Counted from the first letter of the stretch, positions 39,301-50,457 are shown. The stretch: 64,000 nt of DNA from a virus (IMGVR_UViG_3300021387_000143:25384-89383), one strand, 5' to 3'. Translations and numbers: made by a program. The notes: generated by a model not told the origin, from the sequence alone.

Positions 39301-42300
39301 CAATGGCAAAACGAATTTACTAAATATATTATAAATAATTCTCAAGAATTTAAAGATATAATTGGAAAAACAGTATATGAATATAATGAAAATGATTTAG
39401 TATCATTCTTTTTGAATAGTGCAAATATGAATATGAATTTTGATATGCTTTTTGAAGGTGATACTAAATTTTATAGAAATGCAAGAGATTTTCTTAAAAG
39501 AACAAAGGAAGGTCAAGCTGGTGGTTTAAATTATACAGGATATAATTTATCTGATGAAAGTTTTGATGATGTTCATGATATTTTAGATGCAGAAGGATTA
39601 TTTATACCAATTATGATAAAAAAGGATGGTAAATTACAAGAAAGTGGGATGAATGCTAGAAATGGATTTAGAGCTATAACTATTACAAATAAAATTAATT
39701 TTGCTAAAAGTAGACACAGATTACTTAATGAGCTAAAACAAATTCATATTAATGAAGGAATGAGTGAAATAGAAGCTACAACTGCTGCTTCTAAAGAAAC
39801 AATCGCTTATTTTGAACAAGGAAAATTTGATGATGCTCAATCTTATATAACATTTGAAGAATGGATTAGAAGAAGATTTGCTGATGGAACAATAGGAGAT
39901 TATCAAGATATAATACAACAAATATATGAAGTAAGAAGTGGTAAAAGAACAAGACAAGAAATAGATTTATCATCAATTATAAAAAGAATTCAAGTAGATA
40001 AAAACTTTTATTTTGACCATTATTATGATACAGAAACACAGACTTATTATCCTAGACAAATTAAAAATGCTGAGTTTGTAATTATACCAGAACTATTATC
40101 AGATGAAGGAATAAAAGATGAATCAAATGATTTAATTAGGCTTTATAATATTTGTGTTAGAAATGATATAGGCCAAATTAATACATCTGAAACAAGTAAA
40201 GCTGCAAAAAAGAATGTATTAACATTTTGGGATAATAATGGTGTTGTTAATAAAAACTTTGAAAAAGATATAAAGAATTTATCTGCTATAGAAAACTTTT
40301 ATTATCAATATTTATGGAAGCAACAAGAAGTTCCTGAACACATGAAAGATAAAACAAATAAGGCTGGTGTTCAGATTATGAAAAAAGTTCTTGATAATTT
40401 ATCTAATGATGAAACTAGAAGTATTGCTGAAGATTTTATGAGGAACTATGTTGCTAATATAAAACAAGACTTTGAATATTTATTAGATAATTGTGGTTGG
40501 AAATTTGATGAAAAAACTGGTCATATTGTAAATAAAGATGGTAGTGAAGATTTAGATTTTACAGTATTTTATGAAAAAGCACTAAGAGAGGCAGCAAGAT
40601 TAGGTATGGATAGTAATTTTATAGAATATTTTATACCAGACCCTGACACCGGAAAACCAAAAATGCCTAATTATATGAATAATACAGGTAGTAAGATTGA
40701 AAGTATTGTTCAAGCTATTTTTAATTCTACAATTACTAGACAAACATTACCTGGATGGCATGCTGCTCAAATTACAGACGTTGGTTATAGTGGAGAACTA
40801 AAATATCATCCTGCAGTATACAAAAAAGATGATGAAACTTTATCTGAAGAAGAATATAATAAACTGGATGATAAAACTGGATGGAATATGGAAGTTGAAG
40901 CATATATGGAAGTGTATCTTCCTAGATGGTCTTCTTTAATTCCAAAAGGTAAAACTTCTGAAGAAGATAAACAAATATTAGACCAAATATCTAAAGAAGG
41001 ACTCGATATACATATTGGTTATCGTATTCCTACTGAAGGCAAACAATCAGTATCTGTACTTAAAGTTGTAGGATTTGTTGATGATAGTTATGGTAGTACT
41101 ATTGTAGTTCCAGATGAATGGGTTATTCAGTCTGGTGCAGACTTTGACGTTGATAGTATTTATGGTATATGTTATGAAATGTATAGAGATAAATATGATA
41201 TGCTACATAAAATAGAATTTATAAATCCTTGGGCTGAAGATGTTTCAGATGAAGAAAGAGAGAATATTATACAAAAAATGTATGCTGACTATATAAATGA
41301 AAGATTAGTAAAACGGCAAAATTTTGTAGCATTAGATGATATAGATAGAGAAGAAATTAAAGAATCATTAAAATCAAATGAAAAATTAAAAGAACTTAGA
41401 AAAGCTAAAAATCAATTTAGATTTTTAGATGCAAAACTTGGTGAAAAATATGATAAATTATCTAAGGATGCAAAAGAAAGAGTGGATGTAGCAACAAAAT
41501 ATATTGAATCAAAAACTTCCAATGGTAATTATAGTGCTGCTGATATAACTAGATTAAGATCTAGAAATATAATTGCTGGTCTTACTCAATTATTAAATTC
41601 TGTAACAGATGAAACACAAAAAGAAAAAATAGAATCCTATATAGAAACACAAAAACAATTATTAGAACAAGTGAATATATTGGAAACTTTAGATAAGAAT
41701 AATATAAATTATGAAGCTATTAGAAATAAACTATATGAAGACGTTGTAAAAGAAAACTGGGATAATTATTTTGCTGCAATGCAATCTATTGCAAAAGAAA
41801 ACGGGATTATAACATATGAAGAATTTAAAGAACTCCCCGTGGAGGAAATGAATACAAAACAAGCTAGAAATAATAAAATTTTAGATTCTATTATTGCAAT
41901 TATGAATAATCCTAGTAGTAGAACTGAAAATTATGCTACTTCTAACTTTAGAGATATTACTGAAGCTAAAATTGTATTAGAAAAAATATTAGGTGTTGAC
42001 TTTACAAATAGTAGTCCTTATGACCCATTTATCCAATTAAGATTTATGGATGATGTTATGAGTGGTGCTAGACTTAAGGCTATATCTGTGAATTATGATA
42101 CTTTTGCATCTGTTGCAAATTATACAAAAGCATTACTTGGTTCTGAAACTGTTGATATATCATATGATTTAACAAGAGAAAAAGATGGAAAAAAAGTTTA
42201 TAATTTAGAGTCAATACAAAAAGCATATAATAGAGAAGGTGAAATTGAAGTTATAAGAGATAAAAATAATGTTCCAGTAAAAGTAATAGTACATCATTCT

Positions 42301-45300
42301 AGAATAGGATGGAGTGAAACAAATAAGAATGTTACAGATTCAATTATAACAGTATATAATTCAGAAACTACAGCTCATACTCTTGATGCAGTGAAGGAAG
42401 GCTCTATTTATAATTTAAATGAAGAAACTTTTGGTGCATATAAGTTACTTCCTATGATTGGAGCTGATTATGATACTGCGATTGCATTTATAATGCAACC
42501 TGCTATAACTGAACTTAACAGAATAAATGTTGGTAAGAAATCTCCATATTTTACAGAATCCGGAAAACCTATTTTTACAGCAATAAAACAATTATACGGT
42601 AGATATTATAAAACTAAAAAATATGTAAGTTGGAAAGAGATAGAAAAAACAATAAAAAATGATACTGAATTAGCTAAATGTTTTGAGCAAATTAATTTTT
42701 CATTTACAGAAGGAAGAAGTATATTAAGTGGAAAATCAATATTAGATTATAATGTATTAGTTAGCAGATTAAAGAAAGAGAAAGAATTAAACAATAAAAG
42801 TGATGCTGAATATACTACAATGGATTTTGCTATTGACTTAATGACTCTTATAGAATTTAATAGACTTAGTGAAATATCAAATAATATAAACCAAATTATG
42901 AATGATGTTAAATCAGATAAATTTGGTGCAAAACAAACTGTAAATGAAACAAGAAAACTATATAAAGATATTATAGAACATAGTTATCCAAGAGATTCAA
43001 TAGAAGCAAGAATAGCAAATACTGTTGTGGTTGAAGTTAAAGACCAAACTATTCCATTAGTACAAGCTGTGTATCCAAGAGATGTAGAAAATTCTGGTAA
43101 AGTTGTAATAGATAGAAGTAAATATATGTTTTTGGCTGCATTTCTTAACTATTCTACAGAAGCAGCCATTGAAACAAATAGTCAATTTTTTGAATTAGAA
43201 AGTTCTAAATATGATGATATAAGAACTAGATTAGAAGAAAGAATTGGTAGAAAACTAACAGCTGAACAATATAAAGATTATACTAAATATATAGTTAATT
43301 ATTTCTATAATTCAATTCCACAAATTACAAATCCTATAACTGTTGATGATTTTGGAAATATTCAATTTGCAGAATATGATGTAGATGAAAATGAAAGTGT
43401 ATTTAGTAAAGAAATGAATAGAATAGTAGGTTATACAACTACTAGTACAAACTTATTTGTACAAGATATTAATAATCCTACAAGAGAAGAAATAGATAAA
43501 TTTAGAGAATTAACTCCTGCTCAAAAAGTTATATTTATTCAAACTAATTTTAAAAGAAATGGTGGATTAGTATTTGATAATATAGAAGCTAGTGTTCAAA
43601 GAGAAACAATTAATAAATTATTTGGATATAGTGGACAATCTATAAGATTTAATTCTAGTATAGAATTTCTAGAAGATTTATTTATACAATTTAATAGCGC
43701 ATTTTATAATTCAAATCCTTTAATAAAACTTGCTGCTATAGATTTAGTTAAATATGCAATAGTTGTTGATGGTATGATGTTTAAAAAAGGTGGTATTTCT
43801 AGAATTATAACTAATAAGTCTTTATTAGGAGAAGATTCTACTTCTTTAGATATTGTTCCTCAATTACGAGCAAAAGTTGCAAATTCAACATCTAGTGAAT
43901 TATTAAATGGTGAATTTCTTAATTTATATCTTAGGAGTCATTCAGAAGTATTACCTGTATATAATCTTGGATATGTTAAAAGTACAAAACTTCAGCCTTA
44001 TCAAAAAGCATTTATAAAATCAACTAACCATACTACTTTTGGTTTAAGACATATAATGCCTGGTTCAAATAATAATACTCAAGATACTGAAAATACTGAA
44101 TTATTGAATAGATTAGAGTTAACAATAGGTGAAGGTGAGAATATACAAAAATTAGATGGAAGATATATAAAAATAGTATGGAAGGATAAGATAAATGATA
44201 AAGTAACTCAAATTACTACAATATTTAAAGTTAGAATAGCAGCTGATAATTCAATATTTTTAATTCCCCAACCAAAACTAGAAAGAGGAGAAACTACACA
44301 ATATAGTTATAATAAATCAAATAATAGAGGATTTAGAGTAAGGGAATTTTATGATTCATTTATTGATATATATAATACAATGGTTTCTAAAAAAGGAACA
44401 ATACTTGATATAAATGATTTAGATGAATTTAAATCTAAGTTAAAAGAAGAAGGTAGAAAAGAAGAAACTAAAATACCAGAAAATACTTTATATACTGAAT
44501 ATGATGCAACTAGTAATCCAAATACATTAATGGAAGTATTAGAAAGTAAAGATAAGGAAAAACAATTAGTAAAAGGTGGTATACAACTTTTAATAGATGA
44601 TATTTTTAATGAAAAATTTGGAGTTATTGGTGAAGAAAACTCTACAAGTAAGATGTTTACATTTAATATGAATCCTTATATAAGAATGTTATTCCCTTAT
44701 AATGCTAAAGTTAAACAAGTTATTAGAAAAGAAATAAATGGTGAAATGCAAGAAATAGAAGTTACTATTGTTAGAGGAATGAGACCATCTAAATTAACTA
44801 GTAAAAATGAACATCAGAGAAAAATTTATGATTCTAGAGTTGGCTCTAAAGGTATATCTACTATTACAAATGAAGATGGAACTAAATCTAAAAATACTGT
44901 TTCAGCAGGTGATTGTTATATGATAGAGAAAGATAATACTCCTACTGAAGATGAAACATATAATGCTTCTTTATATATAGACTTAGATGAATATACTACT
45001 GTGGGAGAATTGGATTCTGAATTTAATAAGCAAACAGCGACTATAGTTAATGTATTGCATTGGCTAGCATTAGGTAATGATGAAACTGCTTCTGAATTTG
45101 ATAGACTAATGGATATAAATTATGTAAATTCTAGATTAACTGAAAGTCTGGAAGAGAATACTAAAATTATTTACAGAGAAGCATCTATTTATTTTAGAAA
45201 AGTTAGTAATAAATTACTAAAGGATATGAATAATTTCGAATTAGCAAATGGTAATGTATATTCAATAGATGATGAGAGATTGTATAAAGAGCTTCAACCA

Positions 45301-48300
45301 AATAGCGAAGATTATCATAGACTAGTTAAACTATTATTGGATGCAAGAACTTTTGGTCATTTTATTGTAAATGCAAAATTTAGCAAAGATCCTACAATAA
45401 ATAAATATATAGAAGATATAAATAAATTTGTTTCTAATGTTAAGAACTCTGATTTAACATTAAAAGGATTTGAAAATATGTTTAATATATATTATGCTAG
45501 ATTCAGTAGTAATCCTAATATTGCTCAAGGTATTCTAAAGTTAAGAGATGTATTTGGGGATGTTAGTAAATTAGATATGCTAGTTGCAGATATTTCAGAT
45601 GTTACTCACCCAGAAATTCAAGTCATAACTAAAATAATTAATGCTATGAATTCAGAAATACAGGGTGTTGTAATTCCTGAAGAAATTGAAAAATTTGAAC
45701 AAGAACTAGCAGAGTTAATGAAACTTCCTGGAGAATTTAGAATAGATAATATAATAACTTCTGATGGGAGATGGAGAACAAATTATACAGATGAATTTTT
45801 AAGAGATAAAGAAAAAGTTATAGATATGGCTAGAGATGCTGTATATAAACATGGGATGTATTCTATGGAATGGCTAGATGCTAGGATTGCTAGAGATGAA
45901 TGGCTATTAGAAAATACAGAACAACCTATAGTAGAAGATTATTATAGAAGATCTTTAAATAATCTTAAAAGAATTAGATTAATTGCTCCAGAATTATATT
46001 TGGAATATATGAAAATTCAATCTAGATTATATGAAGATGTCTATGATGAATCATTAAGTGAAGAAGAAAGAATAAAACTTAGAGTACATTTAAGAGAACA
46101 ATTAAATAGTCTATTATCTAAAACAGATGAAGATGGTGAAGAAAAATCTCCTCAAGAATTAAGAAAAGTTGAAGCACTAAAAGATTTTCTTGCAGCTAGA
46201 AAAAATATAAATGCTGAATATTTTACTTATGAGGAATATGAAGGTTTTCAAGATGATGTTGATAATTATTTAGCTATTAGAGATAGATATGATAAGAAAT
46301 ATGCCACATTAACATTAAATGAAAAATTAGACCAATTTGAAGAATATAGAGAAGCATATTATTGGTTAAAAGAAAATGTAAGGTTCCAATTAAGTGATGA
46401 AAATCAAGATAAATTAGAAAAAGCTTACTTTATTATAACTGGTGCTTCAGGTGGTACTTCTCAAGATATAATTGAAATACTTAATGATGAAAATGCGTAT
46501 GATGAATTTGGTAGAAGAGATCCAAGAAAACTTAGTGATAGGGCATTAGAACAAATAAAGCAAAAGCAATTAAGTAGAATTAAAAAGATTGGAGGAACAT
46601 CGCATAATAGTTTAATAAAAGAAGTTCCTAAAGATATTCCACTACTTAATGCTAAAGCAAAAAGAGAATTAGAAAGAGTAAGAGCTAAAGAAAGTGGAAA
46701 ACCTAGGGATAATTCTAAGAAAGATGAATATATAAAGAAAATTAATGCTATAATTGAACCATTCTTTGATAAGGATAATAATACTTTAGATACAGTAAGA
46801 ATGTTTAAAACATTAAGTAAAGAAGAGAGAAACAGATTAAATACTATGTATATAGATTTATTTGATATACCTGTTCAAGATGGTAAAATTAATAGACAAT
46901 ATTATAAATTATTATTTGAAGAATATGTTACTAAAGCTTATAATAATGCTGCTTTTAAAAGAGAACAAGCAAAAGCTAGAAGAGAATTAAGTGAAGATGA
47001 ATATAAAGAATGGTTAAAAATGTTTGCAGATGCTAAAATTGGTAGAAAGAATGGTAAAGTTATATCTTTATATACTCCAAAATTCCAATTTTTTGGATAT
47101 TATGTACCAACTAAAGAAGAATATGAAGATAAAGAAAAGGCAAAAGCACTAGCAACAATAAATGATATGGTAGAAAGAGTGCCAAGTGAATATTATCTTG
47201 ATGCAGAAAAACAAGCTATTGCTGATGGTACATATGATGAATGGTATGAAAAGAACCATATATTCAATCAATATACTCAAAGATGGGAACCATTAAGTAT
47301 ATGGACTGTACCACAATATAAAGGTTCTGCAAAAGATTCTATTCAAAGATTGCCAAGATATGAAGCTGCAAGTAGAGCTGCTGTAAAAGAAAAGCAAAAT
47401 GAAAAATTTAGTAAATTTGGAGATAATTTTAAAGATGCTGGCAATCCTATATATACTTCTACTACAAGAATGACTGAAAAAGAAAGAAGAATACAAGAAT
47501 ATTTAAAGTCTATAGTTATGAAGTATGCTAGTGGTAATTATCAAATGGAAAAATTTGCTGCAAAGGGATATTTACCTAGAAGATATAAAAAAGAATATAC
47601 AGCTACTAATTTTGCTAGAGATTTATTGAATGTTGCAGGTTTGGCATATTATAGTACTAGAAATGTTAAAGACCATGAAGGAATATTAGATTATACTAAG
47701 CAATGGACTGATAATTTCGAGATGATGGAAACTCTCAAAACAAAAGGTTTTAAACCTATGCCCGATTATCCAAAACGTGAAGGAAAAACAAAAGAAGAAT
47801 ATCAAGAAGAACTTAGAAAATATAGAGAAGAAAGTAGAAAAATTGAAGCACATAATAGAGAATTAGAAAAAGCAGTTCTTGATAAGGATTGGATTAATGT
47901 AATCAAAGATTATATTGCCGGAGCTATAGAATATAATAATAGACACACAATGGCTAATACTATATTTCTATTAATGGAAGAATTAAAGATTAATAAGCAT
48001 TATCTTATAAATTCTAAAGGCAAAATGGAAAGAGATTCAATTAGAAGTATAGATACTAATGAATATAAAACTGAAGAAAGTAAGAATGCTATGGAAATTT
48101 TAGAGAATTGGGCAAGAAGAATTATATATAAAGATTATAATAGACATAATGTATGGAGAGATATATTTGATAGTTTTAGAACAAATGCTAGTAGTAGATA
48201 CATTGCATTAAATCCTTATTCTGGTTTTGCAAATATAGCAACTGGTTATGTTAATATGACAATGGAATTTTTTGGAAATGAATATTTTACAAAAGCAGAT

Positions 48301-49938
48301 GCTATAAAAGCACAAGCAGAATATGCTAAAGGTGGTTTTAGTTATCTTCAAGACGTTTTGAATTTTAGCGATGAAGATAGAAAGAATATTACCAATAGAA
48401 TTAACTTAATAATTCATAGATTTAATATAATTGACTATGACTTAAAACTTGAAACTAGACCTAATGATAAAATGCACAATGGTATGAAACATCTTAGAAA
48501 TATTATGTTTGGTACTCAAAGTGCTGGTGAGCATTTAATGCAAAATACTGTATTAATAGCTATGCTTAATGGTACAAAAATAATGAGAAATAAATTAAAT
48601 GGTAATGAAGAATTAGTTAGTAAAGAACAATATAAGAGATATAATGAAATAGTTGCATTATATAATATTCTTCAAGGTGATCAAAAACTATTAGATGCTT
48701 TTGAACAATATAAAAGAAAGAAACTTGGAGATAAAAGAGAGATGTACAAGTATGCTAAATTTAAATATAATTTTAGTATTGATTTTATAAAAGAAGTTTA
48801 CTATGGTTCAATTACTGGAACTAAAGATAAAAAGATTTTAGATAAATACTTAAAAGAAAAAGAAAGACTAGATAAAGAAGCTGAAGAAGAATTTAATGAT
48901 TCAAGAAATAAGACATTGAATCAAATGATAAAAGTAGTTAATGGTAAACTTGTATTTGATGAAAAGTTTAAGAAGTATTATGGAGAATTTAGAGAAAGAG
49001 TAATTGGTGTTAATAAGAAAATTCATGGTGTATATGATAAAGATGGTGCGGCATTGATAGAGAAATATGCTTTTGGTGCAAATATTATGCAATTCCATAA
49101 GCATCTATGGACTGGTTTTATGAAACATTATAAGAATAAAGGTAACTTTAGTGAACGTAGAGGAACAGTTGATAGAGGTATGTTTACAGATATAGCTCAT
49201 TTACTTGTTCAATCAATGTCAATTATAAATAATTATAATAATGCTAGAAAAGATGGAACAAATCCTGCTCTTGCAGCATTTCAAGCTATTGTTAAATCTA
49301 CTATAGGCTTAATACCAGAATTATATATTAACTATCGTTTTCTTCCTAGACATCAGAAGCAAAATATGAAAAAGATTATGGGAGAATTAATTGGTATGAC
49401 TGTTCCAATTGTTGTTCAAGCTATGGTATTTTCTGCTTTTGGTGGAGATGATGATGAATTAAGAGATAATAATTTAGCAAGTAGTATTATATATGCTATG
49501 GATAGATTAATGTCTGAAACCATTGCTTATAATGGGTATGGTACAGTTCAAGAAGCTAAAACACTTTGGGGTTCTCCAGTTGCAAGTGGTTCAGCAGCAT
49601 TGGATTGGATATATCTATTATATTATGGAACTGAAACTTTAATGGGAGAAGATTTAACAATTCATAGTGGTCCAAATGCAGGTGATAATAGACTCAATGT
49701 TGTTGCTAAAAGATTGTTTGCTCCTACTAGAGTAATAAATAGAATTAAAAATATAGGAAAAAATAATAGATATTACAGAGTTGGCAATAAGGGAATATCT
49801 ACAAAAATAGCTAAAGCTCTTGCTGGATATGAAAGTGATTATGATTCTGGTGTTCAATATGATTATCTAAATAGAGATTTTAATTATACTTTTGATGCAA
49901 GTCAAAATGATTTCAACTCAAATTTAAATTCTTGGTAG
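36373..49938 (+). CDS. Virion-associated RNA polymerase (fused beta/beta'-like double-psi-barrel), giant polyprotein
   Basis: 4521 aa; catalytic GADFDVD (DxDxD at 41140-41154), preceded by GYRIPTEGKQS and RQTLPGWHAAQ segments typical of crAss vRNAPs. Confidence 0.9.
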   Translation: MSCKKYSISIPGDIDGKLAKAISDISQSLGFKYKTIETALSIIAAEKYEREDLQKALDEKGINKIKKELINEYIAQNPTGTNSIVRIYDEDNLRGFTSGVAKATAINYVASNIILELQRNINTPESEQETNDKIIEKIVNDLRKQLFLKIDEIINDPSYKEKNKDLTQRLIDAYVNNSRKLTESIANYNSINKRLRAISSAIKKGEDKSKFKDEVKELNREKARLTEDIAVLRGYKYIDAINIVNALNREDSSNFRIRDFANLVSLASVNSRDFFKEVAINQALTNINKSFIDSLNNSQVHYLDDDVQSFNSEDAIIILGANDETDEYSKSWNENIFKSYTQYIDTAIKFELSTIPRLTEFYDDMTATINNEENKLPYDTDNPLGVRTFYNYKFVVQQLVRLGNFNSPDDFIESVAKMASRIKELNGFSVLYNKMLFDRALANRIFVALGQPIVDKTIIDVADGQLDVSNPLATADVATYFKYRNVFKSTFYDAYDVLDVTGVENLIKKIKSKNLNIRAKIKEFNQNKNLIVSILNKYLPTVDSDVLFNYINEDSLEQQQFRRINEVLSIVNNLVDAASKALNEFNKINKQNRDISFSNAFIRQSGGIIDGVTVKEQEYKKFDFSSLNIRALDASLITLSKIINRYSAISIELNSSNAEGNMSTNMMKNSYFGRFFQKLKMEEEVQDDTGQIVTIRSGLESIKNEVTKGESNGASNQYAYNPIYFGIRNAKGSTIVPGLFSRDGQNVVTTRNAHNILQSSLFDGVRDLGTVRSALYNTMSRSDYFLTQFLSFLHPAKRVMNGTFSDTLEGHPRAEYFMRTPSDAPKNFTVQYFRLNDVELRASFTQHLTQELCDFITQLNNVLNANDDFSVREDTTGLIDRAHHDRGKIIKNGRLAGNLFKFNKLFKVGSLDVNERMVNSLSLYGEGKDSLIKYDSVSGKYRLNMNQLGKLFTIEDGKIKFILTKETKKIIGGIAGQWQNEFTKYIINNSQEFKDIIGKTVYEYNENDLVSFFLNSANMNMNFDMLFEGDTKFYRNARDFLKRTKEGQAGGLNYTGYNLSDESFDDVHDILDAEGLFIPIMIKKDGKLQESGMNARNGFRAITITNKINFAKSRHRLLNELKQIHINEGMSEIEATTAASKETIAYFEQGKFDDAQSYITFEEWIRRRFADGTIGDYQDIIQQIYEVRSGKRTRQEIDLSSIIKRIQVDKNFYFDHYYDTETQTYYPRQIKNAEFVIIPELLSDEGIKDESNDLIRLYNICVRNDIGQINTSETSKAAKKNVLTFWDNNGVVNKNFEKDIKNLSAIENFYYQYLWKQQEVPEHMKDKTNKAGVQIMKKVLDNLSNDETRSIAEDFMRNYVANIKQDFEYLLDNCGWKFDEKTGHIVNKDGSEDLDFTVFYEKALREAARLGMDSNFIEYFIPDPDTGKPKMPNYMNNTGSKIESIVQAIFNSTITRQTLPGWHAAQITDVGYSGELKYHPAVYKKDDETLSEEEYNKLDDKTGWNMEVEAYMEVYLPRWSSLIPKGKTSEEDKQILDQISKEGLDIHIGYRIPTEGKQSVSVLKVVGFVDDSYGSTIVVPDEWVIQSGADFDVDSIYGICYEMYRDKYDMLHKIEFINPWAEDVSDEERENIIQKMYADYINERLVKRQNFVALDDIDREEIKESLKSNEKLKELRKAKNQFRFLDAKLGEKYDKLSKDAKERVDVATKYIESKTSNGNYSAADITRLRSRNIIAGLTQLLNSVTDETQKEKIESYIETQKQLLEQVNILETLDKNNINYEAIRNKLYEDVVKENWDNYFAAMQSIAKENGIITYEEFKELPVEEMNTKQARNNKILDSIIAIMNNPSSRTENYATSNFRDITEAKIVLEKILGVDFTNSSPYDPFIQLRFMDDVMSGARLKAISVNYDTFASVANYTKALLGSETVDISYDLTREKDGKKVYNLESIQKAYNREGEIEVIRDKNNVPVKVIVHHSRIGWSETNKNVTDSIITVYNSETTAHTLDAVKEGSIYNLNEETFGAYKLLPMIGADYDTAIAFIMQPAITELNRINVGKKSPYFTESGKPIFTAIKQLYGRYYKTKKYVSWKEIEKTIKNDTELAKCFEQINFSFTEGRSILSGKSILDYNVLVSRLKKEKELNNKSDAEYTTMDFAIDLMTLIEFNRLSEISNNINQIMNDVKSDKFGAKQTVNETRKLYKDIIEHSYPRDSIEARIANTVVVEVKDQTIPLVQAVYPRDVENSGKVVIDRSKYMFLAAFLNYSTEAAIETNSQFFELESSKYDDIRTRLEERIGRKLTAEQYKDYTKYIVNYFYNSIPQITNPITVDDFGNIQFAEYDVDENESVFSKEMNRIVGYTTTSTNLFVQDINNPTREEIDKFRELTPAQKVIFIQTNFKRNGGLVFDNIEASVQRETINKLFGYSGQSIRFNSSIEFLEDLFIQFNSAFYNSNPLIKLAAIDLVKYAIVVDGMMFKKGGISRIITNKSLLGEDSTSLDIVPQLRAKVANSTSSELLNGEFLNLYLRSHSEVLPVYNLGYVKSTKLQPYQKAFIKSTNHTTFGLRHIMPGSNNNTQDTENTELLNRLELTIGEGENIQKLDGRYIKIVWKDKINDKVTQITTIFKVRIAADNSIFLIPQPKLERGETTQYSYNKSNNRGFRVREFYDSFIDIYNTMVSKKGTILDINDLDEFKSKLKEEGRKEETKIPENTLYTEYDATSNPNTLMEVLESKDKEKQLVKGGIQLLIDDIFNEKFGVIGEENSTSKMFTFNMNPYIRMLFPYNAKVKQVIRKEINGEMQEIEVTIVRGMRPSKLTSKNEHQRKIYDSRVGSKGISTITNEDGTKSKNTVSAGDCYMIEKDNTPTEDETYNASLYIDLDEYTTVGELDSEFNKQTATIVNVLHWLALGNDETASEFDRLMDINYVNSRLTESLEENTKIIYREASIYFRKVSNKLLKDMNNFELANGNVYSIDDERLYKELQPNSEDYHRLVKLLLDARTFGHFIVNAKFSKDPTINKYIEDINKFVSNVKNSDLTLKGFENMFNIYYARFSSNPNIAQGILKLRDVFGDVSKLDMLVADISDVTHPEIQVITKIINAMNSEIQGVVIPEEIEKFEQELAELMKLPGEFRIDNIITSDGRWRTNYTDEFLRDKEKVIDMARDAVYKHGMYSMEWLDARIARDEWLLENTEQPIVEDYYRRSLNNLKRIRLIAPELYLEYMKIQSRLYEDVYDESLSEEERIKLRVHLREQLNSLLSKTDEDGEEKSPQELRKVEALKDFLAARKNINAEYFTYEEYEGFQDDVDNYLAIRDRYDKKYATLTLNEKLDQFEEYREAYYWLKENVRFQLSDENQDKLEKAYFIITGASGGTSQDIIEILNDENAYDEFGRRDPRKLSDRALEQIKQKQLSRIKKIGGTSHNSLIKEVPKDIPLLNAKAKRELERVRAKESGKPRDNSKKDEYIKKINAIIEPFFDKDNNTLDTVRMFKTLSKEERNRLNTMYIDLFDIPVQDGKINRQYYKLLFEEYVTKAYNNAAFKREQAKARRELSEDEYKEWLKMFADAKIGRKNGKVISLYTPKFQFFGYYVPTKEEYEDKEKAKALATINDMVERVPSEYYLDAEKQAIADGTYDEWYEKNHIFNQYTQRWEPLSIWTVPQYKGSAKDSIQRLPRYEAASRAAVKEKQNEKFSKFGDNFKDAGNPIYTSTTRMTEKERRIQEYLKSIVMKYASGNYQMEKFAAKGYLPRRYKKEYTATNFARDLLNVAGLAYYSTRNVKDHEGILDYTKQWTDNFEMMETLKTKGFKPMPDYPKREGKTKEEYQEELRKYREESRKIEAHNRELEKAVLDKDWINVIKDYIAGAIEYNNRHTMANTIFLLMEELKINKHYLINSKGKMERDSIRSIDTNEYKTEESKNAMEILENWARRIIYKDYNRHNVWRDIFDSFRTNASSRYIALNPYSGFANIATGYVNMTMEFFGNEYFTKADAIKAQAEYAKGGFSYLQDVLNFSDEDRKNITNRINLIIHRFNIIDYDLKLETRPNDKMHNGMKHLRNIMFGTQSAGEHLMQNTVLIAMLNGTKIMRNKLNGNEELVSKEQYKRYNEIVALYNILQGDQKLLDAFEQYKRKKLGDKREMYKYAKFKYNFSIDFIKEVYYGSITGTKDKKILDKYLKEKERLDKEAEEEFNDSRNKTLNQMIKVVNGKLVFDEKFKKYYGEFRERVIGVNKKIHGVYDKDGAALIEKYAFGANIMQFHKHLWTGFMKHYKNKGNFSERRGTVDRGMFTDIAHLLVQSMSIINNYNNARKDGTNPALAAFQAIVKSTIGLIPELYINYRFLPRHQKQNMKKIMGELIGMTVPIVVQAMVFSAFGGDDDELRDNNLASSIIYAMDRLMSETIAYNGYGTVQEAKTLWGSPVASGSAALDWIYLLYYGTETLMGEDLTIHSGPNAGDNRLNVVAKRLFAPTRVINRIKNIGKNNRYYRVGNKGISTKIAKALAGYESDYDSGVQYDYLNRDFNYTFDASQNDFNSNLNSW
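39135..39150 (+). repeat. Dispersed motif copy (TTCCCTCTACGGGGAG)
   Basis: Inside vRNAP; encodes SLYGE. Confidence 0.9.
41833..41848 (-). repeat. Dispersed motif copy (TTTCCTCCACGGGGAG on -)
   Basis: CTCCCCGTGGAGGAAA on +; encodes LPVEE. Confidence 0.75.
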
Positions 49939-49941
49939 TAG

Positions 49942-49990
49942 AAAAAAAATGCCCCACAACCGCCATAATTGGCAGCTGTGGGGCTTTCTT
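49942..49990. terminator. Bidirectional terminator at the convergence of virion and replication modules
   Basis: A8, then GCCCCACA...GCCA-TAAT-TGGC...TGTGGGGC, then TTTCTT. Confidence 0.85.
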
Positions 49991-50062
49991 ATTGAATTTG
50001 ATGAACTATATTACTATGAAGATTAAACCGCTAAGTCGTCGAGAAATTTAATAGTTCATAAA

Positions 50063-50413
50063 TTATTTTTCACTAGTTGTATCTTTCTTTGTTCTTCTTT
50101 TAGGTAATTGAGATTTTATATTATAAACTGCATTACCTATTGCATCTATCACATCATTTGTTTTTTCAGTTACTGTTTCACAAATCTTATCAATTTCATT
50201 TTGAGATTCAATACTAACAAGTATTGATTTAGTATTTGATTCTATTAGAGTAAACAGTGCATCTACTTTTTTACTTAATTTATCATAATCATCTAAGTCT
50301 TCATCACAATCTAAAACATCTTTTAATTTAAAATATAATGAAGTACACATCATAGTGTTGCAAACACAACACACAATAGCAATTCCGATTAAAACATAAA
50401 CTAAAGTTTCCAT
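50063..50413 (-). CDS. Membrane-anchored coiled-coil protein
   Basis: 116 aa; hydrophobic N-terminus, helical body. Confidence 0.6.
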   Translation of the reverse strand: METLVYVLIGIAIVCCVCNTMMCTSLYFKLKDVLDCDEDLDDYDKLSKKVDALFTLIESNTKSILVSIESQNEIDKICETVTEKTNDVIDAIGNAVYNIKSQLPKRRTKKDTTSEK

Positions 50414-50457
50414 TTTTATAAATTAAATATTAGTAAAACAAGTTAGAGAAGCAATAA

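Noticed and set aside
28323-49938. Inteins or self-splicing introns in the giant genes
   Set aside because: Both ORFs are uninterrupted, and I saw no intein C...HN-C/S/T boundaries or LAGLIDADG/HNH motifs.
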